Shown here piece after piece: positions 37,078-50,153 of a DNA stretch of 64,000 nt. The DNA comes from Podarcis tiliguerta. Taxonomy: Eukaryota. Each line of letters starts with the position of its first letter. Positions within the stretch are counted from its first letter, which is position 1. Under the pieces are notes generated by a model, which was not told the origin of the DNA, searched no databases, and worked only from the letters and a program-made list of their open reading frames with translations. The stretch is from NCBI GenBank assembly GCA_965153285.1, contig OZ229118.1, one strand, 5' to 3'. The translations under genes and the position numbers were made by a program.

Positions 37078-37333
37078 CACTAAATCATGGTTTATTGTTA
37101 CAGGAACAAGTCTGCTGAAGCCTCAACCTCACATCCTTTCCCTTCCCCTCTGTGCACTTGATAAGGAGTCAGCGAGTTTCCATAGCAATAAAAGTTCCCT
37201 GTGACATCCAAATTGAGGTTTATTCTAACTATGATTACTTCAGTTCCCAGAATCTCCAGACAGGGCTGGGAAAAACCCTTCCTGAAACTCTGGAAAGCCA
37301 CTTCCACAGTGTAGACAATATTCAGCTAGGTAG

Positions 37334-37335
<2 letters not shown>

Positions 37336-37367
<32 letters not shown>

Positions 37368-37714
37368 TCTTTATTGTCATTGCCCCCTTCGGGGACAACG
37401 AAATTACTTGGCTGCTCCATAAAAACACTAATTAAAAAATATAGTAAAATACAGCAAAGGAGATTTGATGACTTTCAAAGTCCGGGCTTCCCATTCAGGG
37501 CCGAGATCGCTCTGGAGAAGAAGCTGTTCTTAAGACGGCTCGTTCTTGTCTTCATCGTCCTGTATCTCCGTCCCGACGGCAAGAGCTCGAAGAGACAGTG
37601 ACCAGGATGCGATGGATCTTTTACTATGTCCAGTGCCTTCCTATGGCACCTTGTGGCATAAATCTGCTCTAAGGTGGAGAGTGGGCAGCCAACAATGCTC
37701 TCTGCTGCCTTAAT
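37336..37714 (-). mobile_element. Rex1/Babar-clade LINE, 5'-truncated
   Basis: Peptide IKAAESIVGCPLSTLEQIYATRCHRKALDIVKDPSHPGHCLFELLPSGRRYRTMKTRTSRLKNSFFSRAISALN has the DPSHP...LLPSGRRYR...RLKNSFF C-terminus typical of Rex1/Babar; short 3' UTR and (TTA)n tail. Confidence 0.85.
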
Positions 37715-38962
37715 GGGATAACTCACTGCAAGGCGGTTTGCAATACTTCTGTTCTATGCTGTTTTAGTATTTCTCTGTTGACTGTGGTTTTTGTCATCAA
37801 AATAATTGGGGTTTTATTTTTGTTTGTAACATGCGTTTGGAAATGTTGATTAAGGAGCATGAAAAACATTTTGAAAATGCATCCGTCGATATAAATGGAT
37901 TACTTTGTTGCATGCTGCGGTTTGAAAAACGAGACGTCTGAAGATATGTGAAGGGTTTCAGCTAAACTTCATGAACAGTTGTTGAGCCAGCTGTAGATAG
38001 CAAGTTTGATCCAGTGTGAGAGATGTGTGTGTGTGTGTGTGTGTGTGTTTATTTTTAACATATGCTACATTCTTGTGTCAGGGATTGTATAAAAAAAATG
38101 TGAAATGCACAAAACGTTTGCCTAATTGGGCACTTTTTTTTTAGATCAGACCACACTTTCATAACAATGGCTGTCAGGAAGCATGAAAAAGTATTCCTCT
38201 GTTGCTTAATTAAGCCTTGAGCTTTAGTAAGAAAAGTAGCCAAACAATTAATTAATGATTAAAAATTAACTGTGTGTTCTCTCTATTGATTTATGTGGAT
38301 AATTAATATAGCAGCATTATAAGGTGTACACTGTCCTTCGCATAACTGTTGTAATAGATGAATGTTTTGCATGAAATTAGTTAAAATCAGCATTAATATT
38401 TCTGGTACAGAATCATGGAAATGACAGCATGTAAGTACAAGGTGCCATATTCTTCATTTTATGTCTCTGTGTGCATCAAATATGCCTTAATAATGTGTGT
38501 TGAAGAATTTGAAAAAGGAAGCTGTTTTTATTTCTTTAAATATCTGTCATACTTTTTCATGAGGATAAATTATTCGGGTTTGAAATGCTACTTAAAATTC
38601 CCCAGATGATGAGAATATTTCTAAGAGACTTGGGTCAGGTGTATGCTACGTCGCACCAGTTAACATCATCCAGAGGTTACAATTCTGTGGAGGTGAAGAT
38701 TATGTAAGTTGATGGTAGATAATACTGTTTAAAATGAGATGTAGAAAGCTCAGGAGAACTTATTGCAAAGAGGGGGGGGGGGAATCAATAGACAGGGAGA
38801 TTGGTTTGAAAATCTCTTCTATTTTAAACTTCTCTGATTTTCCAGATTTGAACTAATACACCACAGAGTATCTAATAACAGCAAAAATTGTCACAGTGGT
38901 ATTGCTCAGCACCTGAAATGTAATTGCACTGCAATGTTCAGCTATGTGGGCATAGAAAAACA

Positions 38963-38999
<37 letters not shown>

Positions 39000-39016
39000 C
39001 ACAGCTCTACTTAGGG

Positions 39017-39322
39017 CAGAGCTTCCTTAAATTTTCATGTTGGTGACACACTTTTTAGATATGCATCATTTTGCGACACAGTAATTCAGTTTTACTAGCA
39101 AGACGGCTAGTAACCCAGGCTTCCTCAAACTTGGCCCTCCATATGTTTTTGGCCTACAACTCCCATGATCCCTAGCTAGCAGGACCAGTGGTCAGGGATG
39201 ATGGGAATTGTAGTCTCAAAACATCTGGAGGGCTGAATTAGAGGGAGCCTGATAACCTCTTTCCAGCCCCTGGCTGTAGCCATCATACTAATGTGTCATG
39301 ACACACAGTTTGGAAAGCTCTG
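39017..39322. mobile_element. hAT MITE containing a nested palindromic hAT MITE (39116-39251)
   Basis: Outer TIRs cagagcttcc / ggaaagctctg with TSD acttaggg/gcttaggg; inner element is the 29128 family. Confidence 0.85.
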
Positions 39323-42015
39323 GCTTAGGGCCTAATTAAGGAAATTTCTTTTCTCTTAAGCAGGTGCTTAAATTTGATATTTTCAAGGCAGGATGAGCCC
39401 GTGAGTGGCCTGTCTTTGAGTACATTGACTGCTTTCTCACATTAGCACTAAGTCATTGTTTAAGTATGGTTTCTTCAACAAACTATGCACCATCTCATAG
39501 AAGGAGCAAGCAAGCCACAACTTGTTTCTCCAAAGGTTGTTATCCCACCATTCTCCTTTCTTTGTGCCTTTGCAGATTGGTGAGCATTTGGGGTTGGGTG
39601 GTCAAGCAAACAGAAGTGAAGCAATGCTGTTGCTCTCATACATAATGCCAAACCATAGTTAAAACAAACCATGGTTCAGTTGTGAACATGGCTCATTAGG
39701 CTGTGGCATGATCGGACCATATATTTTAATGAATTTCCTTTGTTTAGACCACATATGAGTTTGATAATGAAATCACTACCGAATGTGTATCTTTATTTAG
39801 CAACTTTGTTTTGATGCTTTTCTTTTTTCAAGTTGTATTTAATATGAATAAGACTATGGGACAATCATTCCTTCTCTTCAGTCTATTTACACATTGCATA
39901 GAATGGATGGCCTTTGCCCTACATTATGAATGGCAGTCAATGTTGCGAGCTGTCTTCTATTTGAAGGGCTATCCAGTCTTGGGCCAGATCATTCTGTTTC
40001 CTTTTTGTATCAGTTCTACATGTGCTCCATCATAGCTCTCCTGTAATGGATTTTTTTAAAATGCATGAACAATTTGCAATTAGATTGAACGCCTTGTGTA
40101 TACATTCTTCCCCTAAAATACACATTTCATATTGCTTTCCATTCATTTCCTCTTAAATACACACTTTTGTCTGCATACTGTATTAAAATACCAAAACTGC
40201 ATCACAGAATTCAGAGAACTTCATAAGCCTATTCATAGTTGGGTTCATATCTGCGTATAAGTCTGGGACGAGCAGATTAGGCCTGTTTTATTTAAAATGT
40301 AAACTGAACAAATTTATCTTCTATCCACAGCCCAACCCAACTCCATTTTAAAGGTAAATGATAAAGATTGGCCCTTATTTCTGAATATTCCAGCCTAATA
40401 TAAATGAGCACGCAAATTCTTTCAGAAGAAATCAACTCCATAGAACCTGGCAGATTGCTGCTTAGGATCAGTTAGAGTACACAATGACAGTTTATTATTA
40501 TTATTATTATTATTATTTACTTATACCCTGCCCATCTGACTGGGTTGCCCCAGCCACTTTGTGAAAGTGAATGTTCACACGATTAATGGGTTTGTCACTA
40601 AACATTTCCAAGCCTGTCCACCCAAAACCACTGTTTCCGGCCAGGAAATTGGGAAATATTCAGGGCAACTCTAGGTGTAATAAGATGTGTAAGATTTCTA
40701 TAATTTGGAACATTTTGCAATCACCTTTAAAAAATTTCTTTTAAACTGCTGTTCCTTGGACAAATGTCAAGTATCAGTTTTAGACATGTTCCTAAATTCC
40801 AATCATCTAAGATGGTAATTGCACACTAGAGATTAAATCATGTTCTTATAAGTAGAGGTTTAGTGAACTAATTAGTAGTATGTTCCTAAATAAGTTCCAA
40901 TAATGTGTGTGATCATGCGCTCCAAAATGCAGCTAAATGTGTTTCAATGAGGTCCAGTTTAATCTGGGCAATTAAATTGTTAGTAAATTCAGCTTGTGCA
41001 TTATAAGCAAAGAATGTTTCTGGTTGCCCATTGGAAATCTTGAGACTGGGGAAGTATGTGAAGTCACATGTATTTGTGGCTTGGCTCATTTTCGGATTCA
41101 CAAAGACTTAGATGGCTTGAAAAGTGGTACAACATATAAAAAAATAATGTGTCTGTGTCATTCAATAAAAAAGAATGATTTCTAGCAACCATTAGGCACA
41201 GTTGCAGGAAAGTCCTGAGAAACAGGCCAAAATGGGGCAGGGGGAGACCTTTCCCAAGGGTAAAAATACATAGTTGCACCACAGAATCATGATGTCCACA
41301 GCAATTTGGCAGAATTCCTTCTTATTTGGGCTCAGAGCTTTAATATACCACAGACACATATAGCTCACTGGCAGGGATTATGTCCCCCCCACCCTTTCAT
41401 AATGAGCAGGCCACAAAACATCTCACAGAAAACGATGCTGGAAACATTAAACTGTGACATCTTCCTGCATAATAATAGCTTGATGAAACGTAATCAGGGT
41501 TGTCTTTTTCCTAGGCTGCCAAACCAGAAGCACCAGCATCACATTATCCCAGGACCTACCAACCCTTTAATGATATATCTGCTCTAAGCTCCATTACATA
41601 ATGATGTGACATTTTGATAGTTTAATGCTAAGTTGTTCTTCTGTACTAGCTGAGTACTGAAGAGGAAAAAGCCCTGTTGGTTGTGTGCAATGTATGGGAG
41701 ATCTCAATGTGCATAATGTGGGTGTGCTTCCCTGTTCTTTGGATCACACCATAGAAATGTTTTTAATGAATTCTTGTGCAATTGTATATTGCCACTGGTA
41801 AACCTGCTGGCAAAGAGCTGAGCTGCACTGAACTGGGCTAGCTCCTAGTGCTATCCGTCATGGCTGCAGTGTGGCCAGGTGTGTCACAACCTCATGTGTG
41901 GTTGACTGCACAAATTTCCTCTACCTGATTGACAGACTGTCTCCTGATGGAGTTTTGATGAAAGGGGAGAAACCAAAGCAATTGCTCCACGTCACTGTAT
42001 AGTTGAGGTACTGAA

Positions 42016-42050
42016 CTCTCTCTCTCTGTGTGTGTGTGTGTGTGTGTGTC

Positions 42051-42096
<46 letters not shown>
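42016..42096. repeat. Compound microsatellite (CT)n(GT)n(GA)n
   Basis: Read directly. Confidence 0.95.
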
Positions 42097-42102
<6 letters not shown>

Positions 42103-42476
42103 GTACTACTATTTCATCCTTGCACCCACTTCTTTCCTTCATATCAAATTTCCTTCACAAATTAGTGTTGGGAATCTGAGATTAGATTCCCATGCAGTGG
42201 AATTCGCCCCCAGTTCCAGTCACCACACCGAGACAGCTTTGGGTCCAAAATAGCAGAATATTTTTTGCAGAATATAAGATTTCAGTAATACAGTTCTGGA
42301 CATTGATCTATACATACAACTTGTAGCCTTTGCAGATATATGCATACAAGTATAAAGTATTTCTGTTGCTCCAGCAAATCAAAACGTTGCACAGACAGAC
42401 TCATTCACTTCACAAGACTGACTCTGATACACAGACAGACTCACTGACTGATGAGCTGACATTCCCCAATCACTTA

Positions 42477-42724
42477 CTGTATTTTTTGCTCTATAAGACT
42501 CACTTTTTCCCTCCTAAAAAGTAAGGGGAAATGTGTGCGCGCAAATGCAGGCTGCGCAGCTATCCCAGAAGCCAGAACAGCAAGAGGGATTGCTGCTTTC
42601 ACAGCGCAGCAATCCCTCTTGCTGTCCTGGCTTCTGAGATTCAGAATATTTTTTTCTTGTTTTCCTCCTCCAAAAACTAGGTGCGTCTTGTGATCTGGTG
42701 CGCCTTATAGAGCGAAAAATACGG
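42477..42724. mobile_element. Tc1/mariner (Tc2/pogo-like) MITE
   Basis: TA|CTGTATTTTTTGCTCTATAAG ... CTTATAGAGCGAAAAATACGG|TA; internal hairpin cagcaagagggattgctgc / gcagcaatccctcttgctg. Confidence 0.88.
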
Positions 42725-43903
42725 TATATAGCTGGCAGTCGGCCATTACCATAGCAACTGGCTTGGCTGACCATGCACCTGTTGGCTTATCTCCTGCATG
42801 GGGTGCTCATGAAGGAAATTAACCTCTGCATTTAGTTCCTTCAACAATTAGCACATCATGTTGAAATGGTGGGAGGAGGGGTAAAAGAGGAAGTTATTAT
42901 TTATATATTGGAAAAAGTTGAATAAAAATAAAATCTAAAACCCACTAAACAAACAAAAAACAGACATCCACAGCTATAGGGAACTGCGCTGTATATACAG
43001 TGTGTTTGTTTTCTTTTGTACAGTGGAACCTCTTAACATCCCCAGAGGTAATTGGATTCTTTTGATCCTTGTAGTTTTCAAAAGGGTCTGGCCAAAACAG
43101 TAGCTTTATGAATTTTAACATTATTCTGGATGCTTGCATTGCTCAGTTGTGACATAAATGTCAGCAAAACGTAAGTTTCAATGTTAAAGTAAATAATTTG
43201 CATGTATACTTAAGCTTTCCAGGATAAAGGTCATAGAAACATGCAGAGCAGTATAGGATGGAATATTAAAAATTGCATTACTTACACATTCAGGGGCAAG
43301 TATTTTTCTATACCAAGTATAGCATTGAACAGCTTGATTTCTTTATGGATTTCACCATGATGACGGCAGCACAAATCAATTGTCCTTGGTATCATTAAAT
43401 CCAACTATTAGGATGATGTAAGTCAGCATTTTCTCCATTGGGATCCTTTCTTGACAATACGAAGTAGATGTAACTGTATTCTTTCGTGACTATTGTGAAA
43501 GAAGGCGGGAAAACAGATAAAGCTTCATAGGATGTAATTCATTCGGTAGTAATGGTCCTATTACAGTAATTACAATTTTGTCATTGTGACTGCAGTGTTT
43601 AAAGAACCTGGCCTGTGGCTTAATTGCAGATTTATAGCAACTAACCCTTTGGGGATCATTGTCGTCTGTAATCGCATTCTCGTAACTAATGATTTAAAAA
43701 ACAGAAGTTCTGTAGCAATTCCGCCGCTGCTAACCACCATCAGTTTCATTTGCTTCTATAATGTTGAAATGTAAGATAAAATATGTTAAGGATACTATGT
43801 ATGTTTGTATGTATTAAATTTTTACCTTGCAATGCTCAGCCCACATAGGGGACTGGCGTCCAGCTGCTTAAAGCAGAAGAAGAAAAATAATAATATTAAA
43901 TGA

Positions 43904-43904
<1 letters not shown>

Positions 43905-43974
<70 letters not shown>
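43905..43974. repeat. Compound microsatellite (TC)n(AC)n
   Basis: Read directly. Confidence 0.95.
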
Positions 43975-43976
<2 letters not shown>

Positions 43977-44667
43977 TACAAATAACAACACTGAAATATC
44001 AATGTTTTTAATTAAAGTGCTTTGGTACCCAGTAATTGGAAAACCAAAGGTCCTTCTCAAGGGCCATTTCCCCTTACCATCCCAAATGCTGCCTCTGTCA
44101 GCATCCATTCCCCTGTCTGTCTCTGAAGGGGAGATGGGTCAGCAAGGCTCCTTCCACCAGTTCAGCTGGGGCGGCTGTCATTTGACATACTTGCTTTCCC
44201 TTTTCCCTTTCAAATAATGTATTTTAGATTGTAAGCTGTGATTTTAAACTAGGAACTGCTTTGAGTGGTTTGGCTGCAAGACAGCACATAAATGTAGGAA
44301 CTCAATAAATTGCAGCTCTTTACTAGTCTGGATAAATTCTTTCATTTGGCATGGGTGCCTGGGATAGCGCCTCAGAGGATGACCTAAGAACCCAGGCAGA
44401 TGTACATCAGAGAAGACCCTCCTTCATACGTGAACTAAGGTTGGACTACAAAACTGAAGGTGAGGGTGACCTCACTGAATGAGGTGAGGCAGGTGGCTCC
44501 TAAAGAGAGTGTCAAATCACAAGTGGGGTTTGATATGCTGGGAATCAGAAGTGGGGAGGGGCCTACCACACTCATATTCTGCTTGTGGGCATCTGATAGG
44601 CATTTGGTTGGCCAACATGAAGATAGGAGGCTGAAATACATGGGCGTTTGGCCTGATCTAGCAGCAG

Positions 44668-44892
44668 GTAGTGGTTAAGAGCGGTGGACTAGTAATCTGG
44701 AGAACCGGGTTCGTGTCCTCGCTCCTCCACATGCAGCTGCTGGGTGACTTTGGGCTAGTCACACATCTCTGAAGTCTCTCAGGCTCACTCACCTCACAGA
44801 GTGTTTGTTGTGGGGGAGGAAGGGAAAGGAGAATGTTAGCCGCTTAGAGACTCCTTCAGGTAGTGATAAAGCGGGATATCAAATCCAACTCT
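44668..44892 (+). mobile_element. Squam3-type SINE, slightly 5'-truncated
   Basis: gtagtggttaagagcgg...gcgggatatcaaatccaactc. Confidence 0.9.
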
Positions 44893-45729
44893 AATTATTT
44901 TATAACTTTTTCAGTGGTGCAGTGCCCTCTCTATAGAGGCTCCCCTGGCACCCACACTGTGGTCTATTCAGTGCCAATTGAAAATCTCATTTTACAAAGC
45001 CATTAATTTTTATATATGGGCGTTTTATTCCCTAGCCTTCATCATATGATCCCATTGTATGTTATAATACAATAAAAAGCAATATTGTTTTAAACAATAA
45101 AGCAACAGACCAATAGAGGACATTCTTTTTGACAGCCTCTAAACTATCCTTTTCACAGAGGTCTATCTGACACGTTTATTATATAGCTTTCACCTTTTGC
45201 TGATAGCACACCACATTACCCTGACCTTTGACTCTATCTTGAATTTTTATATGACTCTTCCATGCAAATCTTTCATCTCTGCTTGTTGTTATTTATTACA
45301 TTCATATCTCACCTTTCTTCTAATGAGGAAGCGGTTTTTCTTTTCAACACCCCGAGAAGTAGATTAGGCTGGGGAGTCAGTGACTGGCCCAAGATCACCA
45401 AGTAAGCTTAATGGCTGAGTGGGGATTGAAAACCTGGTCTTCCATGTCCTGCTTCAAGACACACCTGCACCTCACTGTTGTGAGAGTAAACATCTGCAGT
45501 AGGGAGCCTTTTGTATCAGTGGAGGCTGTATATGCAGTTGAGACCTACAGTGACTGGCAGAGGCTTCCCAGGGCTTCCCAACCCTACTTAGAAATGCCAG
45601 GGATTGAGCTTGGAACTTTCTGGGCTCTTCTTGTTCTACTCTTGAGTAGAACTACTGCTGAATACCACCATCTGTATGCAAGGCAGATGCTCTCCTGCTG
45701 AGTTATGGCCTTTCCCCACCAGTGTAATA

Positions 45730-46101
45730 TGTTAGGATATTTCCGTTCCACCTTAAAAGGGAGCAGGATGTTTGTGTCACAGCCTGCGCATTTCCTGTTT
45801 CACAGGATGTTTCTGTTGTGTCTTTGCTTTCGCTCTCTCTCTGCCGGAACATTGAAGCAGGCAGTCATGTTTTTCTTTGTTCTGACCAACGCTGAATAAA
45901 CTTGTAAATAATGCTCTCCTGCGTGCATCTTTCGCTGTGCATTATCTGCTGATAGAGCGTGCATTGGCTCTGGAATGTCACAAGCTATTTCTGGAGCTCG
46001 TGTCGCTAATTGCTGATACTGTGTGTCTACGGGAGATCAATGGACGTCCGGAGACGACGACGAGTCATGATGGACTTTGTCTCCCTGGCAGTATCCCAAC
46101 A
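45730..46101 (+). mobile_element. Solo LTR (372 bp), Copia-like termini
   Basis: Inverted termini TGTTAGGATA ... TATCCCAACA; AATAAA near 45895; perfect 5-bp TSD TAATA (45725-45729, 46102-46106). Confidence 0.88.
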
Positions 46102-47297
46102 TAATATTGGTGTATTAGTGGTGTCAGTATTTGGTACATAAACTGTGGAGCCATGAATTTTGGTTGAACCTGAGGACGAAGAAAGGCTGGCTGAGTTGCT
46201 ATTTGCGATTGAACCTGATGCTGGAGAACAGTGTTAGCTAGAACATAAAGGTCAAGGTTTCCTGTATGTTTGCAGGGAGATCATGTTTAACAAATAGCAG
46301 AACACTGTGAATGTTGCTCTTATACCATCTTTGCCCCAGGGAGGTGACTCAGTGGGCAAAAGCTATAGTTAAGTACATGATAAGTAAGCAGTAATTCAGT
46401 TATCTCAGCAGGGTTGCTAATTAGTGTAGGTTGCATTGGTTTTTATTATGCTACGTACCTGACCACTGGGAACTGTGTGGAATCTCCCATCTACTTTCAG
46501 ATACATCTAACAGCTGTCAGGTAGTTATCATTCCCAGATGTCTTTAAAAGAAAAAGAAAGAAAGAAAGAAATGGTGCTAATAATGCTAACCCTTTCAATC
46601 ACAAGTTCACCTTAGGGGAAATTTTCATGTTTGTGTGTCACGATAGGTTTTCCTTGCTCACAGTTGATTATCCAAGATGCTTTCATAGTTTGGGCCTTAC
46701 TGGAAAAGACTGAAAAGAAGGCTATATACTTCATAAATGAAAACAAAATTAAGCATGGTATTAGTGCTGAGCTGGAGAGCCTTTGACCCTGTTGTTGCCA
46801 TACAGCTCCCAGCAGAGCAAGTCAACATAGCCAGTCATTGGGGATGATGGGAGTTGTAGTCCAACAATATCCGCAGAGCCACAAGTTAGCCACCCCTGCT
46901 TTAGTGTCTTATATATACTTTCCCACACAAGATGTATGAATACACAAGTTCCTTATAACTGCAAGTGTAACAGCCTTTTAAAACCCAATGTCTTCCATGA
47001 TTTTTGGTATCTTGCATGCTGAAATGGCGTCTGAGCTCTGAAATGTAGCATTCTAGCATAGCTGAGGCCTTAATGGGGACATCAGGCACTAAGAAACTAC
47101 ATATGTCAGGACTGCTTAAACTTCCCATTCTCCTATTAATTCAGAGCTGAAGGATGCAAGCAGCAGACTTGTGCAGTGAACCTGTTGCTGGACTATACTG
47201 CTTCAGACAGTTAGTGGAGAAGCCCATATTTAAAATAATGTCGGGAAGGAAAAACCAGAAATACATTGGTGGTAACCAAATTACTGTTATTTTGCAG

Positions 47298-47418
47298 TTT
47301 GCCGGGAAGATTCACACCAGTCTATAGTCTCGTGTGCTGCTGTGCTGCTTACTCCCATTGAACCAACTGCTGAAGGAAAGAAGAAGGAACAGCCAAAAAT
47401 GACTGAAGTGACCAAACA
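47298..47418 (+). CDS. CCSER1: CCSER1 internal coding exon, 121 nt, probably orthologous to human exon 5
   Basis: Acceptor ttactgttattttgcAG|TTTGC and donor AAACA|GTgagt. Joins the previous exon in frame (G|TT = Val) giving VCREDSHQSIVSCAAVLLTPIEPTAEGKKKEQPKMTEVTK(Q), matching recalled human VCREDSYHSVVSCAAVVLTPMEP...SKQ. Phase 2 end. Confidence 0.95.
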
Positions 47419-48674
47419 GTGAGTGAGACGTTATAATATGCTTCTGGTTTGCTTAGCAAAAAGTGAGAATAAGTTCTGCCCATCAGGATTCACACGCTGC
47501 ATCTTCCTCCACTTTCTTCTCAGATAACTGACTTAACAAGCGCTTCTGACCTTGGCTACGTATACCAGAAAATTTAGGTTGCACAATTAAAGTTGATTTG
47601 GTGCTGTTGCACAACAACAGAGTGTCTTATGCAGCCACCTTAATCTCTGGATGCTTGCCTTTTCTGGTTTATAACACTATGTGCCAGGAGAAGCTTGACA
47701 TGGCAATAAACACCCTGATTTCTTGAAGGGATGTTTCAACAAAGAAGGGGGTGGCTTTCCACAGCTGGTGGTCCAGCTTTGAATCAGCCTCCACACCAAG
47801 ATTTGGCAGAACATATAAACTGTGGCGTTTGCTTCCTCCTGGCAAGCTAAAGAATTTTCCTTTAGACATTGCTATAAAGTTGTTTTATGGGTGCATTGTT
47901 GTCGAAATTTTCTGCAGAAGAAATAGTTTTATATGCCTATGGTATATTTAGTTGTGAGCTGTGATAGCAAAAGTAGGGCATAAATTAATAAAGATAATTA
48001 AATATTATTATTCCCTGCACGCGCGCGCGCGCACACACACACTACAAAACCACACTGAACTGACAGTTTCAATGAACACCCACCTATAACACACAAGATC
48101 CCTTTTCTAAATAAATACAGACAGGTTGGATTCTACCAGTACATCCATGGAGATAGGAATTTGGTTCTTGGCCAGTTAGAGCTCCCTTTGGACTGGCGTA
48201 ATAGTCGAAATGTGTAGCCCCTAGTTGAAATGTGTAGCCACCTGATTTTGTATTCATGCAACAGATTGAACTACTGGGTGGATAATCTGGGAAGAAGCAC
48301 AATTAACCACTGGAAGACGAAAGCCCAGTGAAGTGAGAACCATGAATATCCTGTTTTGTGTAGGATCAAGTACCTTGGCAATGCAGAACAAGTCATACTT
48401 GTCTCCCTGATCTCCCATAGCACTTACTTCCCCCAGTGCAAATTTGTATTATATTTCTCCAACAGCATTTACAGGTGAGTTCAGAGGAAGATGAAGCGGA
48501 AAGCTAATAAGCTAGAGACTTTGAACACTTCAAGCCTAGATTATATTTTTTTCACACATGCTACCCTGCTGTATGACATTTGTTCAGAGTTGATTTGTTG
48601 TTTGAATTCATAGAAATAAAACAATTTTAAAAAGCGCACTGACATTTGGGGCAAACATTCCAAGTCTCCTTGGT

Positions 48675-48688
48675 GTTGCTATGGTGAC
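48675..48688. promoter_or_regulatory. RFX X-box-like motif GTTGCTATGGTGAC
   Basis: Motif match only, in apparently unique sequence 1.3 kb after the 121-nt exon. Confidence 0.35.
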
Positions 48689-50112
48689 AGTTCAGCAAGC
48701 CTCTGTTGAAGGAATGCGGATGCTAAAACTTCTTGTGAACTTTATTTTAGCTTGGTAGGAAGCGCCAAACATATTCATAAAAACACACACACAAAAGCCC
48801 AGAGACATGTTGAGATGGCTACATAATGGAAGGGATGTGTCCTAGCTGAGAACACCAAAAAAGGAAGCTAGTTTGTGTTCTGGAAAATAAAGCACTTCTA
48901 AGTGTGGCTGATCACAGGCTGCCAGATGAAAGCTCATGCTGCCTTGCAAGGAACAATCTAAGGAATCTGGAAATCCATAATAAAGGTCTCTTCTATGCTG
49001 AGGATTTCAGTGAGACTATGCTTTGTTGCTTGATGCTAGCAGCGTTGACAAACCACAATAATAAAATGTCAGCGTAACAGAGTGCAACTCCACTGAGAAC
49101 TGATTCACACCATCTATTTTTGTCTCCGCCATTTCCATGTTTATTTTGAGTGAGCTGTTGCTGTTATGCTGCTTCTTTTCCCTGTGCCAGCCTGCCCCTC
49201 TCAATATCTCTGAGAGAGGGGCAGTGCATGGGGATAATAAGTAATAATAATAATAATAATTTTTATTTATACCTTGGCCTCCCCAGCCAAAACTGGGCTC
49301 AGAACAGCTAACATCAAATATATGACAAATCACCATAAAATCAAGCAATCAATTAAAATACATCCTACATCCTAAAATCAAGTCAGAATCAAAGCAAAAT
49401 CCAATCGGAATGCAGGACAGGGCCTTCTCTTTGGTAGCTCCTTGCAGATACAGCCGACACCTACTTTACTTTCTATTTGGTGCCAATTTAAAATGTATTC
49501 ATTTGCCCAAGCAGATTTGTAATGGAGCTGGGCATTTTGTTTAGACTCAGGATAGAACAGCCTATAGTATTAAAGGAAATACAGTAATTGAAAACTTTCA
49601 CATATGAAGGGATGAGGTAACAAATCATAGTTCTGCTGCTGTAGGAAATTAGGGGTAAGAGACTGGATTCCTGGACATTAATCAGGAATCAGCTCTTTTT
49701 TAATTTGAAACTTTATGTCTTGGCACTCCCGTGGCACCACAGCACTACTTTTGGTAAGTTACAGTAACTTTCATTTGCAGTACTGCAAATAACGTGACCA
49801 AGCATATATGATGCAATGGTACATGGTGCAGAGGTTTAAAAAGACTGGCAAAATTAAATATCCTGGGAGGAATTAAATGGCATATAATATTCACCATAAA
49901 ACTGGTGATGAGTCTGAAAAGCAATTCTAGAGACTTTCGATTTTGTTTCTCTTAATTGGTTCAAATAACATGACTTAACTAGTTGAATAAAGCCCCTTCA
50001 GTTCTTCAGATGCCCAGTTTGGGAGGATCATGTAAAGGGCCCTAATGTTGTACATTGCAAAACCATGGAGCCATCAAAATGGAGTTATATCCAATTCAGC
50101 TTATCATCCTGC

Positions 50113-50113
<1 letters not shown>

Positions 50114-50153
<40 letters not shown>
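50114..50153. repeat. (TAT)n microsatellite
   Basis: Read directly. Confidence 0.95.

Larger units (their letters stand above)
20364..47297 (+). other. CCSER1: CCSER1 intron (26,934 bp, GT-AG, phase 1)
   Basis: Bounded by GTAAGC and TTTTGCAG; the two flanking exons join in frame and are contiguous in the recalled human protein. Confidence 0.88.

Noticed and set aside
46157-46240. Protein-like peptide ILVEPEDEERLAELLFAIEPDAGEQC
   Set aside because: Only 26 codons between stops, no splice sites, and not part of CCSER1 as recalled.
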